Origin: Octopus vulgaris
Taxonomy: Eukaryota
Assembly: GCA_951406725.2 (NCBI GenBank)
Contig: OX597814.1
Span: forward strand, 173,414,001 to 173,478,000
Reading direction: 5' to 3'
Length of the DNA: 64,000 nt
Position 1 is the stretch's first letter; each line of letters opens with the position of its first letter. The notes beneath the pieces were generated by a model, which worked only from the letters and a program-made list of their open reading frames with translations, had not been told where the DNA came from and ran no database searches. A program made the translations under genes and the position numbers. Shown in pieces: positions 56,231 through 64,000 of this stretch.

Positions 56231-56658
56231 TGGGTCGTTATCTTGTCTTTATCGTTATCCTGTCCACTTCCCTCATCAATTTGATTGCATCCCAACCACA
56301 AGCCTTATACGAAAAAATTCGTTCTGTCATTCTTTCTCATAACTGCAACCACAGGAAAATCTCTCCCTATCCAAAGCTAATGTGGTAGCTTGTCATCCTG
56401 CTAGAATTATCAAGTAAGTTTGCCTCGAGCTACACTTTATTTTCTTAAAACGGGTTCGTGGAAACACCTTAGTTACAAAATTTTTGGATAAAAAAATATG
56501 TAATAGTAATACCTGAAATGTCTTTAAACATAAACACACTGGATTCAGGTTGAACTATTATTAACCATCAGCGACAATATCAAAACCATGATCAACACCA
56601 CCACTGTTATTGCCGAGAACAGCATCAGGCATACAACTGCTGGTAACTCAACTTCTTT

Positions 56659-56895
56659 AAGGCGGCGAGCTGGCAGAAACATTAGCACGCCGGGCGAAAT
56701 GCTTAGCAGTATTTCGTCTGTCGCTACGTTCCGAGTTCAAATTCCGCCGAGGTCGATTTTGCCTTTCATCCATTCGGGGTCAATTAAATAAGTACCAGTT
56801 ACGCACTGGCGTCGATATAATTGACTTAATCCGCTTGTCTGTCCTTGTTTGTCCCCTCTGTGTTTAGCCCCTTGTGGGTAGTAAAGATATAGGTA
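56659..56895 (+). mobile_element. SINE family C, full length
   Basis: TGGCAGAA A-box-like, GAGTTCAAATTCC B-box-like, GCCTTTCATCC.TTCGGGGTC.AT.AAATAAGTACCAG central domain. Confidence 0.85.
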
Positions 56896-57661
56896 TCTCA
56901 ACCTCATTCGTTTAAAAGGAACAGCAAGGACTATAGACACTGGCCCTCATCCGTACATTAAATAATATAATAAAAAATTGCAAACTTACTTGAAAGAATC
57001 GCAAACGAGTAGAGTGTCAGTTTATCTCGATTTTCTGCAGCTGTGCGTTGGCTTTAGCGATTTTTTTTTCTTTTACTGCAGAAAGAAATTCTCTTTAAAT
57101 CAATGGTAAATCCAAGGTTAAATCACACCACACTATTTTTAAAAATTTGCATTCTAACACAACAGATTTGATCTCTTCAGACGATATTTTTAATATCCAA
57201 TTCTCATCTTGCAAAATTTTAAAGCTTATATTTAACTGGTTTCGGAAATCTGTCATTATAACATTTTATATTTATTCTGTTGAGTCAGAAAAATAGCCCT
57301 ACTCTACCTCTCTAACATCAACTTCATATTCAACACGAAGCTGAAAAGCTTTAGTTATATAATCCTGAATAATCGTAGTCTGATTTCTGAATAGCAAATT
57401 CAGAAAATAGTCTTAGAAATTGATTTTAACATGTCACCACATCGAAAATTGCATTTGAATCGGGTTTAATTTTCCATTGTTTCATTTTGTTTTATTCGTA
57501 GTTTCATTTTGTCTTAGTTTTTTATTTTCCTTCAATAAATACGTGGCCTTGTGCCTTTGTAAGAAATCAATATTTGTGACAAGCAAAATAAATTGCAAGC
57601 AGCATTCAGTTGAGATCAATGCCAATGACAACAGAAACAAAACGCTTACTATTATTAACTC

Positions 57662-58190
57662 TAAGGTGTTGTGCTAGCAGAGTCGTTAGTGCGTCGGACA
57701 AATGCTTAGCGGTATTTTTTCCGGCTTTTCAGTTCTGCATTCAAATCCCGCCGAGATCTACTTTGCTTTTAATCCTTTCGGGGAAATAAGTAGCAGTTAA
57801 ATACTGGGGTCGATGTAATTGATTAGCCCCACTCCACACAAAATTTCAGGTCTTGTGCCTATACTAGAAAGGATAATTAACTTTACCTAAAGCGGCGATC
57901 CAGCAGAATCGTTAGCGCGTCGGACAAAATATTTAACGACATTTTTTCCAGCTTTTCAGTTCTACTTTCAAATTTCACTGAGGTCTACTTTACCCTTTCG
58001 TCCTTTCGGGGTCCATAAAATAAGTGCAGCTTGAGCACTAGAGTCGGTGTAATTAACAACCGCTATCCCTAAAATTAACTTCACTTAAGTCGGTGAGCTG
58101 GCAGAATGGTTAGCTCGCCGGACAAATTCTTAGTGGCGATACTTCCGGCACTTTACGTGCTGAGTTCAAATCCCGCCGAAGTTAACTTAG
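57662..58190 (+). mobile_element. three head-to-tail diverged SINE family C copies
   Basis: GCAGAATCGTTAG..CGGACAAA heads at about 57678, 57903 and 58101. Confidence 0.8.
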
Positions 58191-58804
58191 AATTGATTTT
58201 CTAAAATTTTAAATTAAGGTTTGCAAAACAAAAAGAAAAAAGAAAACATCTACGGCGCAATCTAGATATTTTTTTGCGATTCACCAATTCGTTGCGGTGC
58301 ACTATGTGAACCACTGTCTTAAGTCTTAAACGTTGCATGAATGGGTGTGTGCTAAAATTATTTACATAATTTAAGAGATTTTAAATATCATTTTTGTAGT
58401 ATTTATATTTATTCAAAGTGAAAATACATTTGAAAATTACCGCCTAAGAAAAACAGCTATTTTTTGTCATTTGATCGTTTAGCACACACCATTGAATCTA
58501 CTAGAAATTGCAACCAAATCTCCCTTACTCTCTGAAAACACGAAGTCTATTTAAGTCTTGTATACACTATATCAGAATACAAGATAGGATGGTTACACTT
58601 GGACTTCCTTTCATCACAGGTCTGATCAACATCATCATCACTATCATCAACAACAACTACGACATCAACAAAATATAAACAACTAAACACTTCTAGAGTC
58701 TCATTCGACATGCTAGAAACAGGAACCAAATCTCCCTCAACCATGCCCGGCTTTTTTTCTTGTTGTTGTTGTTTTAATGCTCATTATTATCCTTTTTTTA
58801 TTTT

Positions 58805-59175
58805 TTATATGTTTCAATTATTAGATTGTTACCATGCTGGGGCACCGCCTTGAACAATTTCAGTCGAACGAATTGACTCTACTACTTCTTTTAAAACCTG
58901 GTACTTATTCTATCGTCTCTCTTGCCGAACCGCTAAGTTACGGAGACGTAAACACCATCACCCGTTGTCTAGCAGTGTTGGTGGGACAAATACACACACA
59001 TCATTATATATATAAAAGAATTGGGTTTCTTTCAGTTTCCCTCTACCAAATGCACTCACAAGGATTTGATCGTCCCGAAGATTTAGTAGAAGATACTTGT
59101 TCAAGATGTCACGCAGTGGAGCTGAACTCGGAACCATGTAGTTGGGAAATAAACTTCTTACCACACAGCCACACA
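58805..59175 (-). mobile_element. SINE family A, diverged
   Basis: CCATGCTGGGGCACCGCC tail, GCCGAACCGCTAAGTTACG, CTTACCACACAGCCA head. Confidence 0.8.
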
Positions 59176-59819
59176 TGTAATGCTTACTACCATGACTATC
59201 CTGTAACCGTTACATAATATAAAAATTAAGCAACAATCATGAGTGGAACATTTTTTATGACAGATATGTTCTGTCAGGGCTGGCCTAGGGCTAAACATCA
59301 GCAACTGCAGCAATAACTATTCCATTCAGTAAATTCCTTACAAGCACTCGATACTCTCCCTTTGCTTGCCCTCTCCTCTTCTTTTCAAATACATGTATCT
59401 GTCTATCTATCTGTCTACCTATCTATCGCTATCTCTCTTCTGCTCTCTACTCTTCGCTCTCACGTTCTTTTCCTCGGCACACTTCTCCCTTCAATCTTTC
59501 TCCACGGGCGAAAACAATATCGAGAGCTTCTCTTCAAAATTTAGCTTCATTAAGATTTATTCAGTTCAGCTGCGTTGAAGTATCTCCTCGTCCACGACCA
59601 AATCAGATTTTGTTTGGCCTGGATGGGTTGGGGAAAAGGAGGAAGAAGAGTAAGGAGGATAGTTAGAAATGGAGGATAGAGTAAGGTGAGATACAAGAGG
59701 AAGTGAAAAAGAGGATCAGGAGAAAAGAGGGAAATAAAGAAGGGAGAGAGGAGGAATGTGGTGAAAAGGGGGAAAGGATGAGGAAATAGGAATGAGGGGA
59801 GAAGGATAGAAAAGATAAT

Positions 59820-59824
59820 GGTAT

Positions 59825-59883
<59 letters not shown>

Positions 59884-60130
59884 TGTTGTAGTTGTAGCAG
59901 TAGTAGTTGTTATTGCTATTGTTGTTGTTTTAGTAAAAGAAGAGGAGGAAGAGATAAGGATTATGTTGGTGATGATATTAATGGTGGTGGTGGTGGTGGT
60001 GGTGGTGGTGGTGGTGACGGCAGTGGTGGTGGTGACGGTGGTGATGATGATCGTGACGGTGGTGACGGTGGCGGCCGTGGTAACTAAGATGATGATGATG
60101 ATGATGATGACAATGACGATGATGGTCACG
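59820..60130. repeat. compound (TAG)/(GGT)/(GAT) microsatellite
   Basis: Direct reading. Confidence 0.9.
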
Positions 60131-60519
60131 ACGACTACGAGGATGTTGAGGAGGAGGAGGAGAGAATAAGAGAGAAAAAGGAAAAAACCACAGCCAACAT
60201 TATCGTTATTACTATTATCATCATCAGCATCGTCGGGATTCTGACGATGAGGATAATGACATGAAGGAGATGCATGAGGAGGAGAACGTTGATAATGATA
60301 AACATTTTCTTGTTTTTATTAGAGTAAGAAGCAGAAGGGAGAAAAACAAGGGAAAACGGGAATCGTTGGATAGTGTCGTCGCTGGTATGTTTCATATGGA
60401 GAGACGAAGTCTTTGAAAATAATGTATGTATCTGCTGGATCGAACCTGGTCCTCAACAACTGGTAATGTTTAATAACAACAGCAGCTGCAGCAGTAGCAA
60501 CAGAAAAAGAAGAAGAAGC

Positions 60520-60715
<196 letters not shown>

Positions 60716-61227
60716 GCATACATACATACTTACATATATGTGAGCGTTTACATGCTTTCATATGTACATAGGGAGAGGGAGCAGGGGAGAGATTGCATAT
60801 TTAGTAACGAAGGGAAGAGAAAATGTTCAACATTCAGCACCGAAGGCTGAATGTAAAATACATATATTTATGGTCAGCTAAAATTCATAGGGGTACCTAA
60901 TATATCGCGATGGCATAAAAATCATTTCCACAATCCGTTATGCTAGCATAAATGTAAGATATCTTGAGTGCCGTTGCAAATTCTAGCTAACCAGAATATA
61001 TACAGGAATCTCCTGCGTTACGGGAGAGATACATTCCTACAAACTTGCTGTAATGCGAAATCCCGTAAAGTAAAATTAATTTTGTCATTGATTTTTAAGT
61101 TATAGTGCGATGATGCATTCCGGCAGAGATTTTTTTCTTTTTTTTTCTTTTCTTTTTAGAAAAAAATAATAAAAGCAGCACGTCCACTATCGTGCATGAG
61201 AATAACAACTTTAAAAAATACATTGCA

Positions 61228-61627
61228 CGTGGCTGTGTGGTAAGTAGCTTGCTTACGAACCACATGGTTCTGGGTTCAGTCCCACTGCGTGGCACCTTGG
61301 GCAAGTGTCTTCTACTATAGCCTCGGGCTGACCAAATCCTTGTGAGTGGATTTGGTAGACAGAAACTGAAAGAAGCCCGTCGTATATATGTATATATATA
61401 TATGTGTGTGTATATGTTTGTGTATCTGTGTTTGTCCCCCAACATCGCTTGACAACCAATGCTGGTGTGTTTGCGTCCCCATAACTTAGCGGTTCGGCAA
61501 AAGATATCGATAAAATAAGTAGTAGGCTTACAAAGAATAAGACCTGGGGGTCGATTTGCTCGACTAAAGGCGGTGCTCCAGCATGGCCGTAGTCAAATGA
61601 CTGAAACAAGTAAAAGAGTAAAAGAGT
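61228..61627 (+). mobile_element. SINE family A, nearly full length
   Basis: As for 23714. Confidence 0.9.
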
Positions 61628-61799
61628 TAAAAAAATATGTAATCATAAAAGATATTTGTAGAGAACTATTTCAATATCGTAACTGGGTAAATTCTTACCA
61701 CAAAAGATGTTGAACGTTTTGTGAGGGATGGTAGTGGTGGAAAGATTGAGGAACACTGCCGTCTATCATATAGTTCATTAACATCTACTTGAGAAGCGA

Positions 61800-63500
61800 A
61801 GAACTTATATAAAGTTGTTTCGTGTTTATGGCTCATAATCTCTGTGTACACCTCGGAACTGAACTCATTGTAAATTCTTCTTGTAATTTCTATGTTACGC
61901 TTCACAATTAGGGTTGTTATCAGCAGAAACTTGCAGACTTTCTTCTATAAGTGCCAACCCTTTCATAATATTCTTTGCAGATAATTTAAGTGGAATTAGT
62001 GGAATTTCAGTATTTTCGTACGTATTCTCAGCATGATCTTATTCTAGTAGCATCAACTCATTAGATAAACATTCTCTATGGAACACTAGCAACTTAACCA
62101 CTTGACTTCTTCAAGCCTTATATCCTTTAAGTGTTTTACAATATCTTAACGAATTTGATGTAGGCTTTCTACTGATGCAAAACATGACTCAGTGATATTA
62201 CCCCCAGAATCCATTATGTTGAACTTCGAGAAGTTTCTAACTGTAAAGTAATCCTCCCCCAACATTTGCTTTCGTAAGTCATTTGTAACTTCTTATATTC
62301 TTTTAATATGCCTTTAACTTAGCTGTCACACCTTGATACACTGGCTGGAGCATAGAAGTATTTTTGAGGATATATTCTACTTTCACTTTATCAGAAAGCT
62401 CGCATAAGTTCACCGGGAAATTTAGTGCATTGTCTAAAAGTAGCAAAACATTGTTGGATCTGTACCTTTCCGCAGCAGGACAAAAAGTGTTTATAAGCAA
62501 CTCTTCGGCAAAGCTTTTCGCCATAGATGCCTCCATATTTGAACGCTTGTCAAGTTAAATTTTGCTTAACCCTTGGAATCTCAAAGAGATACACGAATAG
62601 GAGCTTTAATTTTATGTCACTAGCGGTCTTTCTTCTCAAAAGAAACGTCAGATGGTTTTTGAAAACTTTAAATAAGCGGTTCTTAACTAGAGTCATCGTG
62701 ACCTCTGGAGGTCCATTTCCAGTTTTTTTTTGTTTTTTTTTTTTGCGTGGGGTGGAGTCCATGCAAGCAAAATAGTAACTTAGGTCCACAATAGTATTTT
62801 AAGAGTAACTAAAAAAAATTTACTATAGATGTATTTCTTGCAAGAAACGGCTAGGTTTTTTTCTCTAATATTTTACATAGTTTAACATACTTCCAGCCAC
62901 TGAAACATGTCCTCTGAGGAAGTGCTATGGCAAACCTACACAATTTAACGTATGAAAAACAAAATAGAAATTTTGAAAGATGTATCTATAAAGCTGTTTT
63001 TTAAATATCGTATGGCTATGGGGGTCCACCAGAATAAAATAGTAATCTCAGGGGTCCATAGGTAAAAATTGAGAACCGCTGCTTTAAATCTTGATGTTAA
63101 TTTTTCTCGATAAATAAAAGCTGTAGCAGGCATGACCTTTCAGAAAGGCGTAGTATCATCAATATTGTATACTTGCTCAGGCGTGTAGCTCCCTCCAGCA
63201 ATCATTTAGTATTATTATTAGCACTAGCAGTTTCACCAGTCATTTTTATGTTGTGCAAATTCATATGCTTCTTAAACTTTCCAAACCAGCATTTACTAAC
63301 CATAAAAGGTTTTTCTTCCCTTTTCTGAAAATTGTCATGCAAACTTTTTGACATTTAAAAAAAATTTTTTTAATTACGATCGTGCTTATCGGCACAATGC
63401 CAGGATTGATCAACGCAGGTGCTGTGTCTTCATAGTACTGTACTTTTTAGGACTCGCATCTCCTGATCAGCAATCACTTTTTGGCAACTTCTGCAGCTTC
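61800..63500 (-). mobile_element. old Tigger/pogo transposase relic interrupted by a hAT MITE
   Basis: WFGKFKKHMNLHNIKMTGETASA, QVYNIDDT..KVMP, VLLLLDNA..., TSMLQPVYQGV..LKAY; the boundaries are approximate. Confidence 0.8.
62674..63081. mobile_element. hAT (Charlie-like) MITE with an 8-bp TSD
   Basis: CTTTAAAT at 62666-62673 and 63082-63089; TIRs AAGCGGTTCTTAA and TTGAGAACCGCTG. Confidence 0.85.
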
Positions 63501-63501
63501 T

Positions 63502-64000
63502 TATTTCTTTACTGCCCACAAGGGGCTAAACACAGAGGGGACAAACAAGGACAGACAGACGGAGTAAGTCAATTATATCGACCCCAGTGCATAACTGGTA
63601 CTTATTTTATCGACCCCGAAAGGATGAAAGGCAAAGTCGACCTCGGCGGAATTTGAACTCAGAATGTAGCGGCAGACGAAATACCTATTTCTTTACTGCC
63701 CACAAGGGGCTAAACACAGAGAGGACAAACAAGGACAGACAAACGGATTAAGTCGATTACATCTACCCCAGTGCGTAACTGGTACTTAATTTATCGACCC
63801 CGAAAGGATGAAAGGCAAAGTCGACCTCGGCGGAATTTGAACTCAGAATGTAGCGGCAGACGAAATACCTATTTCTTTACTGCCCACAAGGGGCTAAACA
63901 CAGAGAGGACAAACAAGGACAGACAAACGGATTAAGTCGATTACATCTACCCCAGTGCGTAACTGGTACTTAATTTATCGACCCCGAAAGGATGAAAGGC
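63502..64000 (-). repeat. tandem array of 184-bp headless SINE family C units
   Basis: TATTTCTTTACTGCCCACAAGGGG starts at 63502, 63686 and 63870; the array continues past the window end. Confidence 0.9.

Noticed and set aside
63502-64000. CRISPR-like regular repeat
   Set aside because: Units are contiguous and near-identical with no unique spacers, and they derive from a SINE in a eukaryotic context

Overview
AT-rich eukaryotic DNA with no recognisable host gene. It is saturated with microsatellites and transposable elements, and the repeat repertoire looks like that of an octopod cephalopod (inferred from memory, not from a search). Nearly all ORFs in the track are translations of simple repeats. 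Real coding remnants are a 5'-truncated CR1-group LINE with an open RT frame (about 17650-19077), Penelope-like (PLE) RT and GIY-YIG fragments, R4/Dong-like fragments, two Tigger/pogo transposase relics and a mariner relic. Non-coding elements include three tRNA-derived SINE families, hAT, mariner and pogo MITEs, two non-autonomous Helitrons and a U6 fragment. The most striking feature is a set of short elements embedded in (TA)n tracts, many of them long palindromes, carrying type I hammerhead ribozyme folds found by eye. These include C3-G8, U3-A8 and G3-C8 core variants, and in the palindromic copies the ribozyme is present on both strands.
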